Origin: Trichinella spiralis
Taxonomy: Eukaryota
Assembly (NCBI RefSeq): GCF_000181795.1
Contig: NW_003526948.1
Span: forward strand, 3,194,621 to 3,258,620
Direction: 5' to 3'
Length of the DNA: 64,000 bases
The notes below the pieces were generated by a model. It was not told the origin of the DNA, ran no database searches, and saw nothing but the letters and a program-made list of their open reading frames with translations. Shown here in pieces: positions 1-12,004 of this stretch (position 1 is the stretch's first letter; each line of letters begins with the position of its first letter). The position numbers and the translations under genes were made by a program.

Positions 1-550
1 TCCACTGCATTGTGAATATTTAGAGAAAGTGAATTCAAATAGCCACATGTGGTATCAATCATGAGCTTAAACAATGAAAAAGATGGTAACCGTAAATGGA
101 TTCCATGAAATGTTTGCTTTTTAGCAAAGTAAACACTTACAACGCTTGCGTTTTGATTCGCATCAAATAATGATTATTTAACAGCAATAATATCAAAAAT
201 TCAATTCAATTGATTGTAAAAAACGATAGATTAGTAGAAATCTAATAGATTTGTTATCAAAAATGTTTCATGTGCAGAAATTAGCAGTAATCGCAGCCGT
301 TGGAAGACAGTTAATGTTGGACAAATTTCCTATGTATTAATATAGGCAATAGACAAATTTAGACCCCATTTATTCGAATACTATTCTGTAGTTTCTAATG
401 GAACTTTGCATAACAATATTGGTAATCATTATGAATGTCCAGAATTAAAATAAACAGGAAATTTTTAAAAAAGAACTTTCTCTGATTTTCGCGAGAACAA
501 CCATAATATATACATATTCCATGAAATTTTGCAATTTTTGAGAAATCCAG
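1..550. repeat. Copy A of a diverged direct repeat (runs off the window start)
   Basis: GAAAGTGAATTCAAATAGCCAC at 25 recurs at 1552; GTTTCTAATGGAACTTTGCAT at 391 recurs at 1921; blocks are colinear at an offset of about 1527-1530 nt with many substitutions. Confidence 0.9.
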
Positions 551-1527
551 AAAAAAGTGGGAAGCATACCCATGTAATAAGAAAAGCAGTATTCCAAATT
601 CAGAGGCCATTTATTCCTCAACAACTGTGTAAAGCAGATTGAAGCTCTAGAAAACACTTTACTTTATCAATATGAAACTAAAAACATCAAAAAAAAATTC
701 CAAATTTCGAAAACAAAATTTTCGCTGATTTTCGCAAAAACAATCAAGTCTATAGTCCATGAAATTTTGCAATTTTTGAGAAAAATTTTTTTTTTCCAAA
801 AATTAATTCAATTGATTTATATCGGTAGAAAATTATTCGCTAACTATTATAAAATTATACCGACAGCTCCGGATGGAACGTTTGTTAAGATATATAAAAA
901 AGTAAAACCGAAATAAGATTTTAACGAAGTCGAAATAAATAGGAATAAAAATTAAAAGTATAATAAATGTGAACAATGAATGATGTCTTTAATTTTTACA
1001 ACAAAACTATCAATGTTTTTCTCCAAAAAAATGAATTGACCTTAATAAGAATTGCTCCCTGATTTTCATTAAAGCAACAGAAACTTTCAAAATTAAGAAC
1101 CTTCGTTCACTGAATTTTTTTGACTTATTACAATTCAGAGATAAGAATTATCCAAAATTATCACATTAGAAAGCTATTTACCGACAATATGCCAGTATTT
1201 TTCATTCTATAAATTTCAAATGCTCAAACCGACAAATATATCAAATTTCTGAAAAAATCATCTATTGGGGGTTATTAAAAATTTACATACCTATAAATGG
1301 CGCACAATTTCTTGCAATATTTATAAAATTGTTTTACAATATGCCGTTGTTTCTGAGGAGCATGGAATAAGTTTCACCATGCAAACTGTTGTATGTCTCT
1401 AAGGATTCGAACAAATACCATACATGGGCCCAAAAGTTTGACATGAATTGTGAATTTATTTAATTACGTTGCATTTTGAATGAATTTTCACCCTGGGGAA
1501 CTGCATATTGTACTGATTATGCAAATC

Positions 1528-2070
1528 ACCATTATATCATTGTTACTTAGCGAAAGTGAATTCAAATAGCCACACATTTGGTATCAATGAGAAGTTTAGT
1601 AAATGAAATAAATGGTAATGGGTACCGCATTCCATGGAATGTTTGCTTTTCAGCAAAGTAAACACTTCCAACGCTTTTGTTTTCATTCGCAGCAAATAAT
1701 GATTATTTAACAGCAATAATTTCAGACATTCCATTCGATTGATCGTAAAAAAATGATAAATTAGTAAAAATCTAATAGATTCGATATCAAAAATGCCTCA
1801 TGTGCATAAATTGCCCGTTATTTCTGTCGTTGAAAGAGAGTTGCTGATGGGCTAATTCCCTGTGTATTAAGATGGACAGTAGAGAAATTTATAGTCCATT
1901 TATTGCAAAACTATTTGGTAGTTTCTAATGGAACTTTGCATGACATTATCAATAATCATTGTGAATGTCTAGAAATAAAAAAAAACTTCAAATTTCGAAA
2001 AAGGACTTTCGCCGTTTTTCATTAAAAGCAAGTCCATAGCCCTTGAAATTTGCACTTTTCGTGAAAAGCC
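1528..2070. repeat. Copy B of the diverged direct repeat
   Basis: Colinear with 1-550, for example the shared AGCAAAGTAAACACTT, AAATAATGATTATTTAACAGCAATAAT and AAATCTAATAGATT blocks. Confidence 0.9.
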
Positions 2071-5000
2071 TTGATTCCAAAAATGGACTCTATGGGCATC
2101 AGTGGATCGGAAACAATTAACGGAGTACAGCAAATTTATATTCGGCGATCCCGGTTGCCTAGCTGTCGAGGTGGGACGAAAATACTGGGTAGCTTACCAT
2201 TCTTTTAAGATTCGCAAAGTGCCATCTTTACAGGCGCATTTTTCCACAGCTTTTGACCAATTTCTGGTGAAACTATGCATAGTATCATCAGTGATCACTT
2301 TGGAAGTCTAGCAGTCATAAAAATTCGAGGAAAAAAAGTTGTTAAAAAAGTGCTTTGGAAAAAAAAATTTTTGCCGTTTTTTGCATAAATTGCAAAAGTG
2401 AAGCCCATGAAAGTTCGAAATTTTCGTGAAATCCTTAAAATCTGACTTCAATTGCGATAGTTGAACATGGAATAAAACATATTCGCATATTGATTTTGCG
2501 CGGTGTATAATTTTGCTACTTTATGTGATTGTATTTTCACTGTTCACTGGACGCGAATGTTAGTCATGCTAATTGAAATTTTTCGTTTTTTTGCTTATGG
2601 TTTATAATAATCTTACAATTAATTTTTTTAGAAAATTGTATTTTTGTAAATTTTTGAACAAGAATACCTCTGAAAATGTGGAGTCTCTTCGTATCTCAGG
2701 AATAGCGTGTCAAGGCACTTCGTAGAACACTCACCAACTTTTGAGCTATGAATAAACAGAATGATCGATCCATTTCATTCTAACTGAGTTTTCTCTTTGA
2801 TTGTTTCCTCTGAATTGGACGTTAGCTTATCTGTTGACCTGAAGGCATTGTATAATTGCTAATAATTTTTCTTCTGTACTATTTCACGCTAGCAACATGC
2901 ATGCACAATGGTTTTTGGTCTTATTTGTTTTGGCTAGCTGAATACCATTTTAAGTGCTCACATTTTCCAAAGATTTTTAGTGATAACGCACTTTATTAAA
3001 AATGGCAGCATTCAAATCAGCATCTGTAATTGCAATTGAGATGTTCAATAAAATTTTATTCAAATGTAATGCAAAAATTGTTTCACATTTTGATGCTGAT
3101 ATTTTTTGTTGTTTTTAAATTTTGACAGAAAGCAGTTTTGATGAGAGCAATTTCATTTAAGAATAACGTTGTTAATATCCTATAAAGTTATTATTTTCAG
3201 ATGTTTTTATAACTGTATGCCGTCAAATTCCCTTCAGATAAACTTTGAAACCAATTACAATAAATTCTGCGGCCTTATACGCTTGGGGTAAGGAGGGAAC
3301 TAAATGTTATTTATCATTGCAGCGGGTGCAGTGTCTAGAATAAACATGATCTCATTTCTAAGTAAAAATATTCCAAAATTACAGTACCATATTATTATTT
3401 TGTATTAACTGGCATTTTCTTTTCGAATTTCATTTTTAAAACAAAATCATTAATTACTTAAATGACAAGCATTTTGCAAGCATCACTTTTTCATCTTTTG
3501 AAAGTTGTTTTTCATAGAACGAAATTAAACTAGAATCTTTGATTAAGCGTTAAAGATTACGTTAGCGTAGTTTTTTGTGAATTTGAGAAAAGGAATACTA
3601 CACTAGCGAAGAAAGCGTTACCCAACGTACAATTAATATATGAACACATAAATACTGCTTGAAGAAACAACGAATCAATGCTACTACAATTTAAAGGAAA
3701 GTTGAATGGAAAAATAAAATATTAATAATTATTTGAAGTTTAATCAGTACTTCAAATTTTTGAAAGGAATTGAAAATAGCCTTTGTTTGTATTTAACATT
3801 TTTTACCCGTTCATTGTTTTATGATTATTACTAATACAACTATAGAATGAATGATTCGTGTAATCATTTGAACAGAGCTACTGTTCAGAGTAAATACTGC
3901 ATTTTATTTATTTCAACGCTGCTTTCATGTTAATAACTTTTTTACAGAACGCTTTATAAAATAATAATTAATGATCCTTAATTTGAACATACAGATGCAT
4001 GTTCAGATTAAAATTTCTTTGAAATTTATTCAGTAACACAACAATGCATTATTACTAAAGTAATAACGCAAGCGTAACTAGATTTTTATCGCTATTTTAT
4101 CACTGTATACTAGCTATTTATTCATTGTAATTTATAAGGAGAGATATTTTATGACTTTATTTTGAGAATAAAGTACTTTTTCACGATGGTGGCCTATAAT
4201 AAAAGTGGCTTTCACGTGGCAGCACTTGATCTGATGAGGCTTGCACTGTTTGCAACGCTTCATTCATCAGTACAATGACAGGGCACAGTTGACATTGCCG
4301 ACATCCTAAGGCAAGAAAAATTTGAGCATTAAAGCATCAAAGATGAAGCACTCAAACAAAGCAAATACTTTGGAACAACTATAGTACTTCTTTGCAACTT
4401 TAATGCTCACTTGAAACAATGATCCAGTTTGAAATTTTCTGCCATAAATTTGAATTTTCTGTAAATGTTGCCTTAAAAAAAATCACATTCGCTAAAATTA
4501 ACAAATGAACAAACATTGCATTTCGCATAAACAGATTTTTTTCACCTTTCATACAACTTTGCATACTTTCATACAACACAATTCATATTGAAAATTTTTC
4601 AATTTTTTCAAGGTTCATTATCACCATTCTGAAACGCATGTATTGTAAAACTGTCTGTTTTGCTTATAAATTCTAGCCATGTTGTGCTGTTTTTTATCAA
4701 AAAGTGACACTTTTTATGTAGTTACATTTGATTATTTTAAGTTGGCTTTCAAGGTCTTAAAGAGAATAGGGCCGCCACACCTTTTGTTCATTGCCCTGAG
4801 CATAATGATTAATATCACGCTATGGCCAGCGGCTTATCAAGAGCTCAGCTAGGCGCGGCGCGACAAATCGACGCCAGACGACCACATAAAATATAGCCCC
4901 ACCCTGATTTTGACAGGCGCACCCAATCCTAGCAAAGCACATGCACGTGCAGTTACGTACAAATGCACGATTTGTTTATTTAAAAAAATATGCAAGGGCA

Positions 5001-5243
5001 CAATGACCGAATGTGATGTAATTGGGAATACATGCTGCAGACACACACATATATATATATTTATTTATATTTATTTATTTATTTATATATTTATAGGTAT
5101 TTCTATACAAACACGTCTTCATATGTATACAATTTTGAGAGTATATTAGAGCGGTAATGCATAAGCAAAAGCAACGGAGTCTACCTCGACCAGACTGCTT
5201 TGTAAAATAATGTAAATGAACACATAAATAAGTTAAGCAGTGC

Positions 5244-6454
5244 TCAGCATGGGCGTACGCCTTTGTAGTATGCTTTGTATAAGTCATTACTAGGAAATTC
5301 CTCAATTGCTGGTTCTCCATTTCGACTGACGCATGCAATACCCTTATCGCCAATAATGCGGAAGCAGCCAGGACTGATGCTGTAAGAACCTTCACCCACC
5401 TTAAATGCAAGGATTGGATTGAATATGCCGCTTAGGCAACAACGGTAAATAACAAAATCTGTACTTGATAAAAGCAGCTTATTGTCTGCAACAGCACGTT
5501 GTCGTCATTTTGACTGCATTTGCGTAAAAATCTATGCGGTGGAACTCCATCAATCCACTGGCAACCAAGTCGACGTTCAATAACTCGGTTCTGATCTTTC
5601 TGAACACAACCAACAAGCTGATGATTTGAGTGATCTTTACGAACAGTACACTGATAAATTGCGTTGTCAACAAAATACCGATCACCGTCCATCAGACGTT
5701 GGTGATCATGCATACAGCCTACACACTTTTTTACAGCTCTGCCAGCTTCAATTGTGCATGCATACCTAAAAGGAGCCCATTTTCACAATATTATAGCAAT
5801 GTATGGTGACAGCTGTTTACCAAAATTTATCTTCTTCAAAAGTATCACCGATGCTATAACGCTGCCCTTTGTGAATGCAAGCCACTGGACGGATGGCAGT
5901 TGCGCCGTTGGCTTTACGATAACATTGGAAAAAAAAATCTCCCTTTGGAAACTCCTCACCAAGTTGATAGCGCTGGTCATGATAAACACAACCACCAACT
6001 TCCATAACAAGTGTTTCACCAAGAGGTTTGCAAATATACCAAAAGCTGCGGTCTGCCCAAGTGTCACGAGAATAATATACTGTTCCATTGACAACACAGC
6101 CGACATACTTGAAATAGAGGATGTTGTTTTTGTCCAAAGCACACATCAGCTGATATCCAGACACTGCGAACGTTTCCCAAAGACTAAGTTGTTTTCCATC
6201 TTGTGTTATGCAACCTTTGGGCCTGAGCTTACCATTAGTACAATGATACACGTATCGTCCTTTGGTAACCTGTAGCATGGATCGGGATAAAATTTTCACT
6301 TCATATCGCCAAATTACCAAATACTCACCTCCATACCGTCAGTGTAGCCACCAGGACAGAGCTTGCGCTTGGTTAACCTCCAGCTGGACTGGTCAGCTCT
6401 GGATGAATCCAACAGACAAAGCGCAACCGCGGCGACCACAATAAGCGGTGTCAT
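5244..6454 (-). CDS. Secreted Cys-rich repeat protein, MIG-18-like (fibronectin type I-like modules); 4 exons
   Basis: Exon 1 (6454-6329) encodes a signal peptide MTPLIVVAAVALCLLDSSRA followed by a GTGAGT donor. It splices in phase into ORFs 5817..6320 and 5432..5713 and a last exon ending ...YYKGVRPC*. Repeated GC-x-G-x-Y-x-G[DE]-x-F...F-x-Y-x-C modules are visible. Confidence 0.8.
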
Positions 6455-8930
6455 TTTGAAGAATTTCCACAAGACTTATGGAATTGCACAGTTATAATTT
6501 CTTTATTGCAGTCGCCAAAGGGAAAGACTGCTACTACTCCAACACAACTGAACAACCGCCGCTGTTCGTTGCTTTATATACGCTTGGAAAGTCGCTTGTC
6601 ATTTTTTATCGCAAGGAGTGGCACGATTGAATTGGGACAAGTTATGACATCTATTATGTAGGTTATATGAAACCAGACAAAGTACGCTTATCTTTGGCCT
6701 GTGACTCCACTACAAGTTGGAAGCATGGTTTGAACCGTAGTTCAGAGCGCCCCCTGTCAAGTAGTGGTTTCGTGGTGAGAAACCTGGAAAGGAAGGAAGG
6801 AAGCCGGACCATGAGGAAACAAAGAGAGAACCTGTAAATACCAGTTCTGAGCAGAAACTTGCTCAGCCAAATCTTATTGCCACAGCAGATGAGCAGGTTT
6901 GGGCCCCAAAGTGCCATTTCCTGCAGGAAAAATGATTTTACGACGACAACAGAAGCGGCTAAGGAGTGGTACGCATCACTGATTTCAAGCAGCGATTTCA
7001 ATCTTATCAATTGGCATCAAACAGTTGACAAAAAAGCCAAATTTTACAAAAGCTTTGACAGATATTTGCAGGAAAAATCTCTGAAGTCCTATTCTTCGTC
7101 TGAATTTTTTTAATTCATAATTTTATACAATCAAAAAAAATGCTGTCCATCAAGGCATCTTTTATAATATTTACAATACGAAGTGAAACGATCTCAGCAA
7201 ATCTTTTTTTTTACAAATGTAAAACTACATAAACTATAACTTCATGGACAATTGTCACTTGTTTGAACATAAAAAACGATATTCATTGATTTGTTTACAG
7301 TTGATTGCTGACAGTATTTTTAAAATTAAAGTGATGGATTTTTTTTAAGCTTTAACTTACAACTTAGATATTTCAATGGAAGTGCATTAATTTGTCGAAG
7401 AAGTTCTCTTTTTAATGTTAATGTTTTTCAAAGTGTGAAAAAACAAATAAATAAAAGACGATTTCAGTTATAGGTTTTGTTCAGATTTGCTTCGGGCTGT
7501 TGAAGTGTATTTTGTCATTCATGTAGAATGCATCTGGTTTTTGTTATCATCTTTCTTTGCTTTTATGTTCTTCATGTTTATGCAAAAACATTGAAGCTTG
7601 TCAAAAAGAGCATAAATTTCGAAGAAAGCAAAGAAAGTTCGACGTTTGCAATCGAACAGAAATATCAGCGAAAGTGCAAAAATAGCTTTGCAATTTCAAA
7701 ACAGATGTATTCAAATTTGAAGTATGTTAGTATTATTTTTAGAGTACTCAAAAAATTTGACAAACAACTACAAAATTAATCCTCTGGTTACAACGTTTCT
7801 TAAGATGGTAATCAATCTGCTTGTATAGAATAGAACGTTTTTGAATTCGAACACACAGCACTGGAAATGATGGAAAGTTGTTGTTGATGCAGAGTGATGC
7901 GAACTGATGTCAACGGGCAAAAGATACTTTTTTTTAGTGTAACAAAGTGGAATAGTGTTCAAAATAAGAAAGATGGCTGATTTTCAAATCAGATTGCCCA
8001 AAAGAGGCATTTCCCGTTTAAATTGAAATATTTTTGGTGAAAATTAATGCAATTTATTTTCTTGAAAAATACAAACTGAACTTAAATAATTTCTGATGAA
8101 TGTTATGCTCGTGTTATTAACGAAGAAAATTTGAAAATCGAATAATAGAAAATTCCAACCAAACTCAATAAAATATTAAACTAAGTTGAACAATTTGGTC
8201 AAATTTGAAAAATACTAATTAATAATTTTGTCAACAGAACAAAATTAAACATCCAATGCACCAGTCGACAATGAAAGCAGCCTATGAAAAATGCGCTCGA
8301 TTTGTTTGTTCAAAGCAGATATTTGTTTTAGGATTAGGAAGTTTCGCTTAATTTGCATGAAAGATTGAAACTGTGCCGGTTCGGCTTAGCAGCTTTTCCA
8401 ATGGAAGCAGCGATTTTGAAAATAAACATTGATTGAACTAATTCAGAACAATGAACAAGAACTTTCCATCTTCAACTTTACACCAAGAAACCGAGTAACT
8501 TTTTTTCCACCCAAAAAAGTTGATGACCCATCTCGAAATTCAGCTTCTGCTAATCATTTGCCTAATTTAAACCAAATGAAACAATAAAAAAAACTAATTG
8601 TAAATAAACATTTGTTTAATGTACTGGGGACGAGGAAATTAATTTACGAAAAAGTCACTCTTCCAACAGCTGCTAATACGTGAAACGTGACGTTGAACTG
8701 CTCATTTCAATAAAAGCATTCGCTGAAATCGAAATGACACTTTTTCCTTTCCAGGTTTCTTTTAACTTTGTTTGTTTTCTGTCATGCTTTCAAAAAAAAT
8801 TTCCATCAAATTATCATGAGAACGATGCAATTTCTCTTGGGTACAATAACAGGCAACAGATACTATTTCAACGGCATTTCTTCAATTTGATAATACCATT
8901 TACAAAACTGCTCATCATTTTTTTTCATTA

Positions 8931-8973
8931 AAACAACAACGACAACAACAACAATAAGAAGAAGAAGAAGAAG
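8931..8973. repeat. Compound microsatellite (ACA)n(AAG)n
   Basis: Read directly from the sequence. Confidence 0.85.
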
Positions 8974-11900
8974 ATATAAGGAAAGAATCAGATAATCAAT
9001 TATATCCGGCAAGCAATTGCAACTGGAATGAGGTAAAATACTACGAGAAGTATTGTATTGGATTAACGATGCAACCGTTACAAATGTGCCATATGACTTT
9101 CAGGAAGTTCCGTATGAATAGGCATTTGAAAAAAAAATCAGAAAACAGCATCAAAAAGAAAAAAAACCAAAGTAATCAATCGTATGCTTTAACATGCAAA
9201 AGGTCTGCTTGAAAAATGTAACATCGAACACCACACCGATTCAGACTAGTGATAACGTACGCAGTCGCGTTGTTGAGAATTAATTTAACAGTAGCTTTCG
9301 AAACTCAATCAACGAGGATTTTTATTTTATCACGTGGACAAGAAAAAAGCATGCTTTTTTGCCTTGTTTCTGAACTTGCTTGTTCAAAATTCATTCGCAA
9401 CAAACAAACATGTTTGATTGGAAAAAAAAATAGTAAAGAGTTGTTTATTTATTTTATCGAAAATATACTACAACTTTTTGAAAATAGTCTAGAAATTAAA
9501 ACAGCAAACAGTAAATAAATAAATGCGGCTAAAAAAGCAGAAACGCTTCAACGGACTTTAAAATGCAATTTACTAGCCAATAATGTGATATACTGTTCGG
9601 ATCGTCTTGCAAAGCCACAAAATGCCCTCGGCAAAACCACCAACATCACTACCGGTGTCATATATCTGTCCTGCTAGCTCAGTGGAAAATTAATTTCCTA
9701 CTGCAAAAAATTTGCAATATTGTTAGACTTTCACTAGTGGTAGATTTAAATTTTAAATTTCAAACAAAAATACCAAGAAATTGCCCAGTTTTTATACGTT
9801 ACTTAATATAACTGTTAGATAATTGTTAGATTTATAAATAGATTGTTCGAAATTTCAACGAAACGTTATATCGTTATTAATCGTCGGCCGCGCCTACCAC
9901 TGGCAGGTGATAAAGATGATAAATTTACAACCAAATTAAAAAATAAAACATAATTAATAATGATGCACTGTTTATTTCAAAATGAATTACTATTACACAA
10001 GCAGCAAAATATAAATATCGAGCAAACGTAATTTTCATTTCATTTTTGGAAAATATCAAAGCTGCTTTTGGGGTTTATCTTTTTTTTTGAAAATACACAT
10101 TCTATTAAAAAATTAGTTCCATGAAAATATGAATAAATAACAATCACATTATTCTGAATATATTTATTTATTTATATTTGTTGCACAGTTTCTAAAAAAA
10201 CACACAGTGCAATGCAGTGTGTGCATTGGAATACGTGCGTGCATACAGTTGTTGTACAAATTTGCATTAAGTTTCAAATATTGAAATGTGAACCTTTTTA
10301 CAACAGAATTCTTCAAAATAGCTTTGTTTTTAATTTATTTAAAAAAGAAAATAAATGTAATGCTGGAAAATTTTTGAAAATTCCTGAAGACGAAACATTT
10401 TTCGAAAACTTTTCCATTTTCAATAGACAATGATATAGAAACGTTTCACTTGAACGAGGATAAAGGTTACAATGATGCTTTTGTCATAATGAATGTTAAA
10501 AGTAAACACAGAAAGTGAGAGAGGCTTGTTGGAAAATTCACAGCATCGCAAAACGACCACACAAGCCGGGAAAAGGAAACGAATGGTCGGTCCACTATTA
10601 CTACTACTATTACTACTAGTAGGGCGTTGGCTGAGAACTGCAATTGATGAAGCTTTCACCTTCACCTTGCGCATGGACCAAAATTAACGACTTGTCACAA
10701 CAAAGGCGTCACATGTCAAACAAACCCATTTCCCAACACTTTAGTTTTGTCCTGCCGCCATTGTGTCGCCACAGCCGCGCCCAATAGCCTTGTAAAGAAA
10801 CACATTTCCAAGGCAAAATTTTTCCGCCGATGATCCTACCACACTGGAAAGTGGAAATCAAAATTTTCAAACCACACCCGTTTTCATAAATGCTCCGTTT
10901 AAAAATTGGAAGAAGCCCCAGTTTAGATACCAAAACAGTATTTCAAAACATGTTTTATCCCAAACAGACGCTGCAATTCCCTGCTGGGGACAGAAATGAC
11001 CCGTTTTCAAATTGAAAATCTTTCCCCATTCACATATGCATTTTACAATCAAAACAGCAGCACATCATTCATCTGCTTCAGTTGCGTGCATTTTTATGAT
11101 TTACAATATCTACAGCACACTTTGATATTACAAATACCCCCACAACTTGAACATCATCACCACCATGACTACAAACCCTGGATCTGCATCAGTGAAACAA
11201 ACACTTCGTCAAAAATTCAACTGAAAAAAAGCCCAGCGGATGTTATTGGTAAAACAAAAATAACAAATCAGACTTAACTTTTTTTGTTTAAAAGAAAGAT
11301 AAAGAACAATCAATATTCATTTGTCATCCGTAAAACTGATACAACTGTTTGCTATATGTTTCGAATGAATTGCATCGTAAATATATTACATTCATATGTC
11401 GCAATAAATTAGAAACAAAACACGCCTAATAAATTTGACGATGATCCATCGAAAACTGCAAGTTGGACATGGTCAAGTTGAAGTTCATCGAAAAATAATC
11501 CCCCCCCCCCCAACTTCACACAGTCAAAACCCAAAACAGAAAACAACTCAATTTCATATACTTTTTTTGAATTCACTTTTTTTCAAATTCAACTCCTTTA
11601 CTTTCGAACAACCATTGAAGCCACTTTCAAAATTGTAAAATAACAACAATGCAGATGTATATATATATATAGTGTGATAATCTATAGTAAAATGCGAAAA
11701 TTTGCTGATTTTCGATAATGAAGAAGCTTTTATCACTTTTTTTATAGTCGTATATTTCTCTTATCTAATTTAGTAGGAAAAAAAACACGCACACCAGCAC
11801 GCTTACAAGTGGCAAAGGAGAAACATTTCTCCGCACAAAATAAATAACATCTCGGCCTCTATGAACATATTATTATTATACAAATATAGCAAATTTAATA

Positions 11901-12004
11901 AAGAGAGGAAAAAAAAAGAAATCGATACGCTTAACAAGGAATAATATTGTATTTAACATTGAAAAATAAATTAAAAAATAATTACTTGCTTTTTCTCGTT
12001 ATCA

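Noticed and set aside
4231..4270. CTGATGAG suggesting a hammerhead core; on the minus strand ATGA-N12-AAA...GA suggesting a SECIS for the upstream TGC-TGA ending
   Set aside because: No GAAA follows a stem II. CTGATGA pairs perfectly with TCATCAG, burying the would-be core, and the GA is out of register. The gene ends normally at Cys-stop. It is only a 40-nt hairpin.
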